64,000 nucleotides of DNA from Lama glama (taxonomy: Eukaryota), in contig CM052828.1 of NCBI GenBank assembly GCA_028534125.1, positions 7,440,001 to 7,504,000 on the forward strand, written 5' to 3'. Made by a program: the position numbers and the translations under genes. The stretch's first letter is position 1. Every line of letters starts with the position of its first letter. Below are positions 36,792 through 50,330 of this stretch, in pieces. A model generated the notes under the pieces. That model did no database searches and had not been told where the DNA came from. It saw only the letters and a list, made by a program, of their open reading frames with translations.

Positions 36792-39659
36792 CCATGGTGT
36801 CTTCACCGTGTTTTTAATACATCTATCTAGCTTTTCTCTGTATTTACTTAGTCTCTCAAGTCTTTTCCTGATAACATCTTTGTCTTTGCCTTTAGAAAAT
36901 TATTCTTAGTTTCTCCATATGTAAAGATAGAAAAATTTTACAAATTTCTTGTGTTTAATAACTAATTTATATAAGACCTTGATATTATCAAAATTTTTTT
37001 ATTGTTCTAATAACTATGCTTTGTTAAAGGCTACTGCAAACCAGGAATGGAAGCAATGTTTCACTTTCAGAGTTTAAAGCTTTGGAATGAAAAGAAGTAG
37101 CCATTTGATGTGCTTAGAATTTGTATCCGTTATGATAAAATGGGGGAGCAAAATACTTTAGAATCTTTTTTTTTTTTTTTTTGCGAGTGCTGTATTTTAG
37201 GAGCTGAAAGATGACTCCATTTTTCAAGCTCCTGGGTTTAAGAGATAACTTCATAGTTGTTATCACACTGAATATATTTAATCATTTATTTCACTGGATG
37301 TTAAGAAAGCAAATGATCTATTGCATATAGAACCCACCATGTACTGGGCTCTGTTTTAGGGAGAGAGAAGTAAGAATAATTCCTTCCTGCCATTGTGGAA
37401 CATCTCACAGTGCACTGTGGTTCCAAGTATTGCAACAGACATAATTAATGTTATTATTTATATGTTCATCTAATTATGTATGATACCCTTAGGTAGATTA
37501 TAGACACAAAATAGAAGATGTACAATTCTGCCTATGTATATTGAGAAATTGAGGGAGATTTTCATAGAAAGACTGTACTTGATCCAGGTCTTGAATAATG
37601 TTCAAAGTCGTAAAGGTACACTTTTTGTCAATGACCCCTGAATAAGTTTAACGCATGGGGGCTGAGTGATATTCCTAATGCATCCATTTAATTATACCTA
37701 AATTTTGAAGATATTTACTTATTTGCTTCAGTTTCTCTTTTAGAAACAGCTATGATCATCCAGAAAGCAAAGTAAAACATTTCAGAATGATTAAACATTT
37801 TTGCCTTTTTTGAAAATACAAAAGTGTAATAGTTGCTTTTAAAAAATGATTTTTTTCCTATGGAAGAAAGATATTCATTTCTTTCAGTCAGATGATGACT
37901 GAAAATAATTGACTCAAGATTTATGGAGTAACAACATCATGCAACATCTTTCTTCGTATATAAGGGCTGTTTTAAGAAATTTAATTTCTGCTTCTTCATT
38001 CTTATATTTCCTTTGATTAATTGGTACAAAATCATCCCAATCCTTCTTCAGAATTTATGGACAATATCTTCTTTTCTTCCTTCCTTTCTTTCTTATTTTC
38101 TTTCTTTCAACCAAAAACCAAGTGTGGTTCCTTAGTGTGAAGATTACAGCTCCTTAAGTGGGTCAGGTATGTCTCAGTGATAGTCCTCTTGAGAAAAGGC
38201 AAGTCACAGACATTTTTACCAGGATGGAAAATGCATGGAATAGAGCAAGTTGCCCTTCTTTGACCTTCAGTCATTTTTTAACAGTCAAGGAAAGTGGTTA
38301 GTATTCCAATTAACACCTTGGAGAAACTGCTAGCAACGAATGAGTAGCACACCAATGAGTGAAGGTGAATCTTGCTCGATATATCCTGTGCAAAACAATC
38401 TTTTCGTCAGGGAAAATCGAAAGCTACAGAAAAAAAGCAAAAAAACCAAAAAACCCCTCAAGAGTGGAGAGAACAACCAGGAGACTATAACATCAAGGCA
38501 TTCCAAATGCCCAAACAAAGGCGCAGCGGAGTTATTTCAAAGGCATTGCAAACCTTTGATCTGACTGTGGCGAGGACCAGTCTCATCTGGCCAGTGGGTA
38601 AGGAGATCACTGCCTGCCGGGGTCTGGGCAATGCAGCAGCTCTTTGGAACAGGAAGAGAAGCAATGCAAACTACTCCCTTTATGTAGATGGTACTCAAAA
38701 GGAAAGACTGTGTGTCATTTCGGGTGGAGTCACAGAGCCTCAACAGTGGTTTGATACTGGATTTTGAAAGCTCTTCAAGCATGTATTTACATTGAAAACT
38801 ATAATAATAAACAGTCATTTAGCATCGAACTTTCCTAAAAGTGATTATTGAAGGGAAAACTGCATAGTATGACACAACTCTACTAAAACCAAACTACATA
38901 ATTACCTCTTGACCCCTTTCATTAAAGAAGCCATGTGTCTCACAGACTGAAGTTCGAAAGAGCACCATGCTAAGTGGGGACTCAGGCAGCCATGCCTTAA
39001 ATGTACTGCCCTTTCTTTCCAGCACAGTGGAGGAAGAGGCAGCAATTCAACTGGGCAGGATAAAAATACTGGACAGCTTTCTGGCTCCTTTGAAGTCAAG
39101 TCTTGACAGGATGACTTCATTAGTTTTATTCAAGAATCATCTGTTCCCTAAATGACACATGGATTTCAATTCAAATATAAGCAAAGAAATATAATCCAAA
39201 GACAAACGTAACTTGTTTGGTGATTATCCAGTGTTTATAAATATTCACACCCTGGTTCTCCTCCAGGGCAAACACGAAGACCATGGAGAGCTGACTGTAC
39301 GAATCATGATTATCAATTCTGATCAAGTCATTAATCTACTCGGGGACTCAAATTCCTTATGTTAAAAAAGGTGGGGAAGGAGCATTAAGTTTAGTATTAG
39401 ACTGGCCTCTTCTGAAAAGTTTCATCAGGTTAAGTTACATGATTTTAAAGAATTAATATCTCAGAGATATCTCAGATGTCAAAATGATTCAGCAGACCAA
39501 ACCTTGGCCATTGTGGCTATTCCAATAGCTAAATGTGGGTTGGTTCCATTTTCTCCATGCCCCAGCTGCTAGTATAGTTTATCTTCTGATTGAACTACTG
39601 TAGTATTTTCATAAATGATCTCATTGACTTCAGTGTAACGCCCAAATCTGTTCTCTACA

Positions 39660-39965
39660 CTTGCATTTTACAAAGTGTATTCTTGGGAACCCTAATCCTA
39701 TGAGATATTTGGTGAAGAGAAAAACAAAAGTTTCCATAGTGAAATAACTGGGGAAAGTTGTTTATCCCCTCTCTTGGAGAAACAAAACAGAGATGAGCAA
39801 GTTAAAGATTTTGAGAAATTTAAGTAAACGATTAAGTATGTTTAAATAGTTTAAATATGCTTCACTTATCATTTCCCCACATTTATTTGACCAGAAATCA
39901 CTTTGAGTCAGAATTCTTAATACACCAATGTTCCTGGGAGGATTCTTTGCGAAATATTGGTCTAC
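39660..39965. mobile_element. MER103C-like hAT-Charlie remnant
   Basis: cccctctcttggaga...catttccccacatttatttgacca...ctttgcgaaatattg. Confidence 0.6.
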
Positions 39966-39989
39966 ATTTTTGTTTGTGACCATTCTAAG

Positions 39990-40460
39990 GTAAAAATATG
40001 ACTGTGCTTAAATGTTGCGTTGGTTATCCCCTTCGCATAGGGGCAAGTTCAAAACTACCCAGCAGGGATACAAGACTCTTCCCTGGGTACTTCTAGATCT
40101 CATTTCCAAACACTCCCTGACATGCTTTGCCTGTTTTCAAACTCTGCTCTGCCCTCTAATACCTCCTGTGCTGTGCTCTTTGCCTGGACTCCCCTTCCCT
40201 TCACATCCTGATGGAAAATTCCTATCCAGCCGTTAGATACAGCTCAAGCATGGCCTCCCTGTGGAGGATTTCCTCGGCCATCACCCCAGCCTTTCCCATA
40301 ATCAGCAAGCTTCCTGTACTTGTTCTTGCAGCCTTCTGGGACACCCCTCGTAGGAGTTTCTACGTGTATAGATGGTTCGCGTTGCAGTTGTTTTTTGTGC
40401 CTGTCTTTTCCACTGTGATTCAGACTTCTCAACAGCAGGAGTATTTGCATAAGTATCCTT
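39990..40460 (+). mobile_element. L2 fragment
   Basis: ctctttgcctgga...cagctcaagcatggcctccctgtggagg. Confidence 0.6.
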
Positions 40461-41599
40461 TAAAAGTGGGTTAAAGTAAGACTTTAGTAAAGTTTCTAAA
40501 AAGAACAAATTAATATATGAGGAAATTTTTCAAATACATAGTTGTAATGGTAAGTGGAATTTCCAAACGAGTTAAATTGAACTCTCCTTGGGAAGAAGAA
40601 TGTAGAAACTATCTTTATTTTTATTTGGGGGGCTATGGATTTACTTCCTGCTTTAGGGCTGTAATTTGTATTCTTGTAAGCTGATTCTATCTAGGCAAAT
40701 TTATGAAAATTTGATGTGAGTTGAAAAAAACCTCGGAGATCTCCCAGTGCAGTTATTCAGACATGTGAACAATCGCAGCAACTCTGAAAAGTCTATTATA
40801 GCCTTTGCACTGGGTATTTGGGGAGCCCAGAAGATCAGGATATAGCTATTTGTTGCGGAGTGTAGGCAGAATGGTGGCCAGGACAACATCTAATAGACTG
40901 TGATATTAAGCATAACCGCAGGGAGTATTTAATTCATCATGCTTAGAAACAAACGCAAAAGCTGAAGTGGGATTTTCATTTTATGATAATGCTGGAATGC
41001 AGTGTTGAGAACAAGATCAGCGTTTCCATTACTACAGAATACTCAGTGAAGCTAAAGCCAAAGCTAAAATGTAGCTCTGCTGCAGCATAATAGAGTGTCT
41101 CTGCTCAATACCCTTGTTTATCTTCCTGCATCAAAGTGATAAATGAATTTCTAACTACCTTTGAGATTTCATAACTCTCAGAAGCAATGCTTTTCTATTT
41201 TAAGGTGATTTCAAAGAAAAATCAAATATTCCAAAAACCATGTAGGCAGTGCTTAGAATTTGTAGGCAAACAGATGAATCTCTTTACAATTAATTATAAA
41301 AGAGAAAAAAAGCTCACCTTCTTCCTGTTCTTCCTCCAATTTTTTTTTTTTTTGCTTCAGAAAACTGGACATGGTTCAGTAAAGATACCCCCTTAAAGAA
41401 ACATTTCCCAGTGATGACAGTGTTTGATAGGCTGTGATTCAAGCCCTCCCGATTGGTGAAATATGCTGCTTTTAGACTGAAAAATGATGTTACTATATCA
41501 TGTCGCTAGTCAGCCATGCACTTTGAGTCCCTTCCTGCACGGAAAAGGGTTATACCAAGCCATCTGCTCAGATGCTTTCAGGAAAAGCAAGACTCATTA

Positions 41600-41830
41600 A
41601 TTTTCCTCTTTAACAAGAATGCATTGAGCTCTGCTTTGTGTTTGGCATTGCACTAGAATACAGTGATGAATGAAGATTGTTCCTGACATCATAGTAGGGG
41701 AAAGGAAAAAATTGTTTTTGCAATGCAATGGTATAATGTTATTCCAGGAGTGAGGATAAGATGTTACGGGAGTACACAGTGGAACCTCTAATCTAGCCCT
41801 GGGAAGCATTCAGATGGGGAACATTCTTTA
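41600..41830 (-). mobile_element. L2 3' end
   Basis: gcattgagctctgctttgtgtttggcattgcactagaatacagtgatgaatgaaga. Confidence 0.65.
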
Positions 41831-42094
41831 AGGCAACACACATCAGAATAGCTCGCTGACTATCTGTGTTAGATGTCCAGTCTGTGGCTGGGTCACATAG
41901 TCCTTCTCTATCAGCCTGTTCAGCAACTTGATCTTATTAGAATGATGCTAAACTGACTCCACTGTGGGATGTTGCTTCGTACTCTTCATAGCAATATACA
42001 GTTACAGTTACGTCTACTTATGAAACCAGGGAGTTTTTTTTTCTTTCTTATCAAAAGAAATCTGTGTTTTAGCACATTTTATGAGAAACAAAGA

Positions 42095-42240
42095 GGAATA
42101 AGGAAGCTTGGGAGTGATGGATATGTTCATTATCTTAATTATGTGATGGTTTCACAGGTGTATATATGTCAAAACTTAATCAAATTGTACACTTTACATG
42201 TGTGCACTTTATTGTGTGTTGAGTATACTTCAAAAATCTT
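42095..42240 (+). mobile_element. L1M 3' terminal fragment
   Basis: gtgatggatatgttcattatctt...gatggtttcacaggtgtatatatgtcaaaact...caaattgtacacttt. Confidence 0.85.
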
Positions 42241-43239
42241 GAAAATAATATGTTAGGTACACCACTGCTAAACAAATCTAAGAGATCACTGATATTTCAA
42301 TAAATGATTTCTACTAACCAGGGACTTAAATTCACTGGATTTGCTGTCTCTCAATCCTGTCTTCTATTTCCAAATGCATCAAGGGCTGCACTAGATTAGA
42401 GTTCAGAACTCATCTAGACAGAGAGAAAGGCACTGCTCACTGGGGCCCCTGCAGGGGAGGAGGTATTATTTTGGGTGGAGGCGGCAGTTGATAGGTAGTG
42501 AACTGCAGCTAATTCCTTGGAAAATTTTCAGAACTGGGAAGCCAACACAAAATAATTTGGAGCTTGTTTCTAGCTGGCATCAATTTGCAGCAAAATATCA
42601 GGGCTAAAGGCCAGGAATGGAAAGATGGGTAGTTTGGAATAATGGTGCTAGAGACTGACTACAGGAGGCTAGTTCAACAGGGGCTTGCTTTCTTGATCAT
42701 TTATAGACATGAATGCAGCACAAGGAAATAAATTAATGTGGGATGAAGGGATGCGAATGGGTGCAGGTTAAGACATCCCCATATCCTTTCCAATCCTCAG
42801 AGACCAGATGACTCAAAGATTAGGTGGAAAAAAAGGAAACAAATGAGTCACTACAGACGTTCCTGTAACTTTCCATTCTTATTGCCAGAATTGTCCCTTA
42901 ATGCCTCAATGGCTCTAGCTTCATAAAACAGGAAGTTCTGATGCCATTAGGGGACTTTTGTGTGCGTAATGATAGGGTACTTCATGTCTCTGAGGCAGCA
43001 GGGGAGGCGGGGCCTCTCTGACACTTGGTACTATGTTTCTCCTTCCCCCACTTTCCTACCCAGGTCCAGAAATCCCCTGCATACCTTGTAGCTGGCACTT
43101 CACTTTCCTGTTAGACAGAGTACACAGCTCACCTGGCCTGGCTCAGACCAGGCTAGGGTCAACTCAGCCCCTCTGCTCACCCCTTTCAGGGTTCTCATCA
43201 CTCTGGGTGTGAGTGCCTATTCTCGCATCTACATTCTCC

Positions 43240-43365
43240 ATGAAGCATGTGCTTGTTCAGAGGAGGGAGCAAGTCTCCTCTGCACACTGTTGTGTCCCTA
43301 ACACAGGGCTAGGTATACAGTAGGTACTTAATAAATATTGCTAAATGGATGGATGGGTGGGTGGG
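43240..43365 (+). mobile_element. L2 3' end
   Basis: acagtaggtacttaataaatattgctaaatggatggatgg. Confidence 0.7.
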
Positions 43366-44309
43366 TAAAATCTTTCTTATATATACTTTGCTGTAGTTCC
43401 AAACATGTGGATTGACTTATCTAGGTTTCACCAACATTACAGTTGGTAGTCCATAGCAATCAAAAACAATGAATGGAACTAAACAACTGAGTTGGCAAAA
43501 CTGTTGTCTTCATCCCACTGAGATTTGTAAATGATCCCCAGACAAGATCTTAGCAGTTAGAGGGACTCCAAAGCCGGGAAATCAGTAGTCACTTAACACA
43601 TTCAGAAATGCCACTCAGGAAGATGTGTAACTTCCTTCCCTTGACATTGGAAAAGCTCCTAAACCACCCTTAGTAATTTTAGTCAATGAAATTCAATCTC
43701 ATCTAAACACAGAAAGGTTTTAAATTATGGCCTAGTTTTAAATTATAAATAGAACACTTGAAAGTTTAAGGGTAACTGGAATTCTTTCAGAGACATGTCT
43801 CTCCTTAAGGTACATTGGGTTATTGCCTAAAAGTAATAGAGGTTATGCATCAAACAATGGACAAAGTATTTTGGGGGCAATCAGTGTAGCTTAGTGGAAG
43901 ACATTGCTACATCAGAGGTATTCTGCACTCACTTGCCTAATTCTGTGCTTTTAAGAATGTTCTCCAGGCCCTTCCTAACCCCCTTCCTAACCATGCCCCT
44001 CCCCATGGGGTAAAAACTCATCTCCTATAACTCGGCTCAAGAATCACTTTCTCTAAGAAGCCTTTCCAGACACGGACCCTGCTTTTACCCAACATGCCCT
44101 TACAACTGAACTCTCTTCTTTGTGCTTCTGCTTTTTCTTGTCTGGATGTCAGTTATAGCAGCTGTAACATATACATCCCTTTACCAGACCATAAACCAGG
44201 ATCTGAAGTGTGGGAATATTGTTTTATTCAATATCATATTGTCAGCAAAAATGACTATAGTCCTCCCTTTCCAGCAGTCAGTAATGTATTTTTTTCTTTT
44301 TGAACTATT

Positions 44310-44625
44310 TTTAAATTCTAAATACTTTTATTTTGAAATAATTTTAGATTTAAAGAAAGTTGCAAAACCAGTACAGATAGTTTCTGTGTTCCATTCATCC
44401 AGCTTCTCCTGATGTTCACATCTTCCATAACTATGGTACCATTCCCCATATTAAGAAATTAACATTGGCACAATACCGTTAAGTATAGATATTATTTGCA
44501 TTTCACCAGTTTCCATTGAAAAACTTTGTCCTTTTTCTTTTCCAGAATCCAGTGTAGCATACCAAATTGCATTTACTTGTCTCCTCCAAACTGTGATAAT
44601 ACCTCTGTCTTTCCTTATCTCTCAT
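44310..44625 (-). mobile_element. L1MC/MD 3' end
   Basis: ttttattttgaaataattttagattt...aagttgcaaa...aagaaattaacattgg. Confidence 0.75.
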
Positions 44626-44629
44626 GAGA

Positions 44630-45005
44630 ATAGTGAGGAAGAGCAAGGTTTGGTGAAAATGTCAGGAATGCAGGACATGTTGGATATGGGTGTTAATTAG
44701 GCATCCAAGTAGAGATGGGAAGTAAGAAGCTGGACATTTAAGTCTGAAGTTCAGGAGGAGGTTTGTACTAAAGATATAAATCTAGGGGGTATCACTACTT
44801 ATAGGATCTTTAGAGCTCTGAGAATAGATCAAGTCGCCAGTGCAGGGGGCACAGGTGGAGAGGCGCACAAGGTCAAGGACCAAGCTGGATGGCCCCAGGT
44901 CAGAGGTCAGGGAGCTGGGGCAAAGCCAGCAAAGATGGATGAAAAGGGACAGCCAGAGTGGAATGAGGAGTGTGCATGTTCCTTCAGTGGTAGTCAGGGA
45001 AGGCA
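44630..45005 (-). mobile_element. L2 fragment
   Basis: gcatccaagtagagatg...gtctgaagttcaggag...ccagcaaagatggatgaaaagg. Confidence 0.7.
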
Positions 45006-45014
45006 GTTTTCTAC

Positions 45015-45830
45015 TGTTTAGGAAAAAACTCTGGTTTTTTTTTTCCTTCTTTTACTTTCTACTACTCAAATTCTCGGACACTTCTAACACCAGATGTGCG
45101 GGTTTTCCACACCACGTAGTCCTGACACTGACTGCCTGGAGTTAGCATTGACCCCATAAGTTAAGGGCTCAGTCCCACAGACTGCCCCCACTTCAGACAC
45201 CAATCACATATAGTAGATCCCTCAGGTACCAACTTCTGCCTGACTTGGTTTCCGTGACCCCTTCCTTGGGATCAATCATTTGCTAGAACAGTTCACAGAA
45301 CTCAAGGAAGCACTTGTGTTTACCAGCTTATGACATAATAAAGGATATGATAAAGGATACAGATGAACCCTCAGATGGAAAGATGCATAGGGCAAGGCCT
45401 GGGAGGGTCCCAAATACAGACGTTTCTATCCCCCTGGAGACAGAGGGTGTCGCTTCTGGCATGAAGATGTATTCACCCACCTAGAAGCTCTCAGAACACT
45501 TTACTTTTGGGGTTTTTATGGAAGCTTCATTATGTCGGCAGAATTGATTATTAACTCCATTTCCAACTCCTCTCCCCTCTCCAGGGAATGGGAGGTGGGG
45601 CTGAACTTGCCAAGCTTCTAATCATGGTTTGGTCCTTCTGGTGACCATCCCCATCCAGGAGCTTATCGAGTCGCTTCATTAGAACAAAAGATATTCCTAT
45701 CACACAGGAAATTCCAAAGGATTTAGGAGTTCTGTGTCACATGTTCCTTAGGAAATCACAAAGGCTTTAGGAGCTCTGTGTCAGGAACCAGGGCAGAAAT
45801 CACCATATGTTTTTTCTATTATTTCACGAC
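45015..45830 (-). mobile_element. MER21A/B-like LTR
   Basis: taagggctcagtcccacagactgcccccacttcagacacc; cagttcacagaactcaagg; ttaggagctctgtgtcaggaacc. Confidence 0.85.
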
Positions 45831-47162
45831 CACTTATGGAAAAAACACTGGTCTATTTCCTTAATGTAGCACAGCCTCCATCCCCTTGTGTGAAATAGAA
45901 AGGATGTCTGTGGGCTTTAGCCCAAAGGTGTCAGTGAGCGTATCAGTGGCATCACTTACCACGGCACAGGCAGAATCATGATTGATAAAGAATGAGGGAA
46001 AAAGTTCTTATTTTGTAAAAATGTATCTGTTAACCTCTTACAACAGAGAAGAAAGACAAAATGGCTGTGTGTTTATACTTTGAGTGGTTTGGGTTGTGGA
46101 TCTGTCCCCAACGAGTGTTCCTTACTCCTATCAGTCCACGTAGACTGGAATTGCAGAATGGCGCCTTCTCACACCAGAGCATCTCAGACGACCAAGGGGT
46201 TGTCCTGGAGGATGATTCTGGGTCAGGGCTGCGTCTGGGTTCCCTGCTTCACTGCTGGTACTTCTCAGGAGACCCTGATGGCACTAACACCTGACCTCTT
46301 TTCACCTTCAGCCTTCAATCTGTTACTTCAGTCTCCCTAGATGTGCCAAAAACAGAGATGTCCAGTTATACCAACGAGTTTATACCAAAAAGTTTACCCC
46401 TCAACTAAATCAAGAGAAAGAGAGGAAAAAGGAAAAACAAAACCCTGATGAGGTCAAAATTTAAAGCTGCAGAATCAGAAAAGCTTACCATAAAGCATAC
46501 AGTGACTTCAAAGCATCCCAGCCAAAGGCAGAGTGTGTACGTCTCCAGGAGGAACTCACCCTGCAGAGCAGCTTGGTGTTTGGCAGTGGCAAATCCACAC
46601 CTGCTAGAAGCAACAGGGAACCCGAGTTCAGGAGCACAGCCTTCTCTTACTCGGAGCAAAAGGAAGAGCTTGCAAAGAATACACAGTATCTGCCAACTAC
46701 ACATTTGCATCAGAACTCTTTAAAATCAACTAGGAAAGCAAACAAATGTTTCTGCATCTGGAAGAACAAAGGGTGTAGTCTTGTAGGGAAATATTTTATT
46801 TGCATGAATATACAAACCCTGTAGTAAATTCTTTGTTCAAACCTCTGTGGAGAACTACTAAGCAAATAGACAGAAGCAAAATAGGAAGTGAAATGCTTCA
46901 GTTGCATCCGTTCTTTGAAGAATATGTTAATTTCTTAGATATTGGGCAAAAGTTCAGAAGGCTTCTAGAAGAAACAACGTAGTACCTGGGAGGTTGTCTT
47001 CCTGGGATCAGAAGCTGGGTGAAGTCATTGATCTTAGGCCACCAGGGCCTGGCAGCATTACCCCACAGGCGCTGCCTCTCATAGTTGGGAGAGGCGTCCA
47101 CCCACCCACTGTTACCAGTGCTTTTATGGTCTTTCTAAGACTCAAGCATTCCTCACTCTTTA

Positions 47163-47243
47163 ATTTTTTTTTTTTATTGACGTATAGTTGACTTACAATG
47201 TTGTGTTAGTTTCTGGTGTACTGCATAGTAGTTTAGTTATACA

Positions 47244-47278
<35 letters not shown>

Positions 47279-47325
47279 TTATACATATATTCTTTTTCAT
47301 ATTATTTTTCATTATAAGCAGCTAC
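47163..47325 (-). mobile_element. Short artiodactyl-type L1 3' end containing (TATC)n
   Basis: Poly(T), then tattgacgtatagttgacttacaatgttgtgttagtttctggtgtac; (TATC)n at about 47245-47278. Confidence 0.85.
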
Positions 47326-47429
47326 ATTCAATATCTTGTAAGAGAGATTTTTTAAACGATAGGCAGAGAGTTACTCAAGAATAATTTGTTTTCAGTCTTA
47401 TTTGTTTTCTAGAAGTGCCGCTTAATAAT

Positions 47430-47600
47430 TGTGTGATTTTACACAAGCCATAACCTTTCTCTTGGCCTTGGTTTCCTCAACTTTAAATTGGCAATAATTA
47501 CACATGTGCTAAGAGAAAGAATGAGAATACGTGAACTCCAGCATGTGAAAGAGCCTAGCAGAGAGCCTGGAATATACAGATACTTTGTAAATCTTTGTTT
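47430..47600 (+). mobile_element. MIR SINE
   Basis: gccttggtttcctcaactttaaattggcaataat. Confidence 0.65.
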
Positions 47601-48574
47601 TGTAACGGAGTAAGAATGCATAAATATTTAAAAGAGACTAACTATTTCCCAAGTGAGGAATAACTGTGACCCACTAATACACATGATCAGTTGGGAGCAC
47701 TATTTTAAAATGAGATCAATGATATCTTGAAAACAAAATCTAGAACAAGATGCTCCATAGGTAACTAATGCATTTTCATATTTATGGAAAGCAGACACCA
47801 CCAGTTTGGCTACTTCTGTTTCCAGATTTCACAGAAATGCAAATTATGTAATTTATCTTTTAAGTTCAAGGCCAGTCTAGCCATTTCTTCCTCCTATGAT
47901 CTGGAATGACAAAATTGTTCAGACTCAGATGACCAGGACTGGTTGCTTTTTTGGCAAGACATTTCAGTGCCAATTATGCATTTCATATTTAGTGTTTATT
48001 GTTATTTCAAAATCTGATTTAGAGAACATAAAAAATATTGAACAGAATGCATTTTTAATGAACCTCGAGACTCCTGAGAAACTTTCATAACAAAATTAAT
48101 GCAGCCTATGGGACAGAAAGTTGGCACCAAATGAACTCATGACTGAAAGTGTGTTTGTATGTTATTGTTTGTGTTTATTTTTGGACAAATAGAGCTGCTA
48201 ATATTGACTTCCACTCAACGAATTCAATGTTTCTATTTCCTATAATTCATTCAGTGGCACTAAGAGTTGCCACTTGTAAAACAATCATTATATGTCAGAC
48301 TTTATGTAATTAATGTCATTTGATCCTCACCACAAACTTATGAGTACTTTTTATTATCCAGTTTGACATGCGAAATCATGTCTCATAGCTTGTGGCTCCT
48401 GGGATCAGTTCAAGGAGAAGAGTGGGAGACAACATAGTAACAAGACATTGCGTAGGATAAGCATAAATTTGTTAAAGTTTGAGCATTATTTTAGTTTTTT
48501 TCTTAAGTAAAAAATAGAAAGTTTTCCCCTGAGAAAAATTTTGATAAGGAATATGTTTGAAAAATTAGACTTTA

Positions 48575-49700
48575 GGACTTCTGCTTCCGTCTATGAAGGA
48601 TTAACTGTTATGGACTTGGCTCTTCCACCACCACAGTTGGAAAATTAAGCAAAGTATAGAAAATAATTACTTTCAAACCTTGAACAATAGGCAATGTGAT
48701 TCCAACACAAGGGAGGTAAATGAGATGAGCCCTGTAATTGTTCCAATCAGGAGGCAGTTTCAAGGTGTAATATAAGAAGGACAAACAAAATCCAGAGTTT
48801 TACTAAGTTGAGAAGGCAGACATCAGAATTCAGGCAGTTAACATTGGAAGGGAAGGGAAGAATACCAGAGGGGACAGATAATAGAGAGAGTCAGGGACAG
48901 AGATGCAAAGAGGGAAGGAAATAAGAGTACTGAGAAGCTTCAGCAGAACTTCTTTTGCTTAATATCAACCAGTTCATGCAAAGCTCGAAGCTCTGGGTGG
49001 CTGGGGAAGAAAGCAGTAGACAGAATAACTCCCAGAGTTCACATAGGATCCTCAATACTTGAGCATCAGGTAGAATGTTCAGGAAGATGTTGCCTCAGTA
49101 ATTGGGCTAAATGAGGCCTGGACTAAAGGTTGCTCTAGACCTGCTTTAGTGTTGAAAGAACCAAACTAATTTCAAAGAAATTAACTACATGCCAGACAAA
49201 GTCCAACAATATAAAATTTTTAGTATCTGGCAATCAGTAAAAAAATTAGCCGGAAAGTAGAAAAGCAGAAAAATACGACCCGTAATCAATTAAAAGAAAC
49301 AGACCTAGAAATGGCAAAGATGACGTTATCACAAAGGCCTTAAAATAGCTATTATAAATATGCTCCATATGCTCAAAGTGTAGCAGGAAACATGAGCATG
49401 TTGAGAGGAGAAATGGAAGACAGATTAAGAAAAAAGAACTGAATAGAACTTCTAGATATGAAAAGCACAATATCGAAAATGAAAAAAAATCACCGGATGG
49501 GCTTAAGCGTAGATTAGACATTGTAGAAGATCGATGAATTTGAATACATAGCAATAGAAATTGTTCAAAATTAAACACAAAAAGATAAAAAGATTGGAAA
49601 ACGTAAATGAACAGAGCATCAGTGACCCCTTGGGACCACAGTAAGAAGACCAACATGTGAGACTTGAGTTCCAGGGAGGGTGAGGGGTGTATTTGACAAA
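48575..49700 (+). mobile_element. Old L1 5'UTR plus ORF1 remnant
   Basis: aaaatagctattataaatatgctc...gaacttctagatatgaaaa...agattagacattgtagaaga...aacagagcatcagtgacc, a degenerate ORF1. Confidence 0.8.
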
Positions 49701-49709
49701 TTAGATACA

Positions 49710-50060
49710 GAGGGGATTTATTGGCCCAGAAAATTAGGAGGTATAGTTTCAGTCCTGCTACCTTTAAGTGCTCAAAAGATGTCAGTAATGTGCCTGTTTC
49801 TTCTCTTATTTGTGCTTTCTCTTCAATTTTGACGTCATTCTATAGGTAGGCTCTCTCCATGAGATTCTGATTGGCCCAAGGCGAGCCAAGTGCCCACTTG
49901 GACCGGTTCTTGTTGTCAGAGAGTGAAGAATTCTGACTGACACATCCTGGATCAGGTACCATCCTGTGCAGGACAGGCTGTGGCACCATGAAAATGGAGA
50001 GGGGAAGTTTCTTCAAAAGTTACAAGGGTGCTAAGTGAATAAAAACGGCAGATGTTCTTA
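49710..50060 (-). mobile_element. MaLR LTR (MLT1K-like)
   Basis: ggctctctccatg...ttctgattggccc...gtgcccac. Confidence 0.6.
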
Positions 50061-50149
50061 ATACCATCCTTTAGATTCAGCCCATCCAAGAATGACTTTT
50101 TATTTACACTGTTTCCCACTGAACTTGGCAATTCATTTCCTAATGCTTT

Positions 50150-50330
50150 GTGACATTGTGTGTGTCATTGTGTTGAATCTGTCATTGAGCTCTTATAAAC
50201 GTTTCCTTCCAGCTAGATATTAAGTGCCTTGAGAGCAGCAACCATGTCTCATATATTTTTAATCTCTCCCAGTGGCTTGCAGAGTGTCTCTCAAATGACA
50301 GCAGAATGAATGTTTGTTTTGATGAATTTG
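50150..50330 (+). mobile_element. L2 3' end
   Basis: ctagatattaagtgccttgagagcagcaaccatgtct. Confidence 0.65.

Noticed and set aside
38340-38818. Overlapping ORFs of 62-131 aa on both strands
   Set aside because: No recognisable homology; the lysine-rich part comes from an A-rich tract
40743-40814. CCCAGTGCA...TGCACTGGG inverted repeat as a pre-miRNA
   Set aside because: Only a 9-bp outer stem with a poorly paired interior; no match to a mature miRNA I recognise
45706-45783. 44-bp-period imperfect direct repeat
   Set aside because: Lies within the MER21 LTR and is probably inherited from the element consensus (not verified)
46061-47191. Cluster of short ORFs suggesting exons
   Set aside because: No recognisable protein and no convincing acceptor/donor pair
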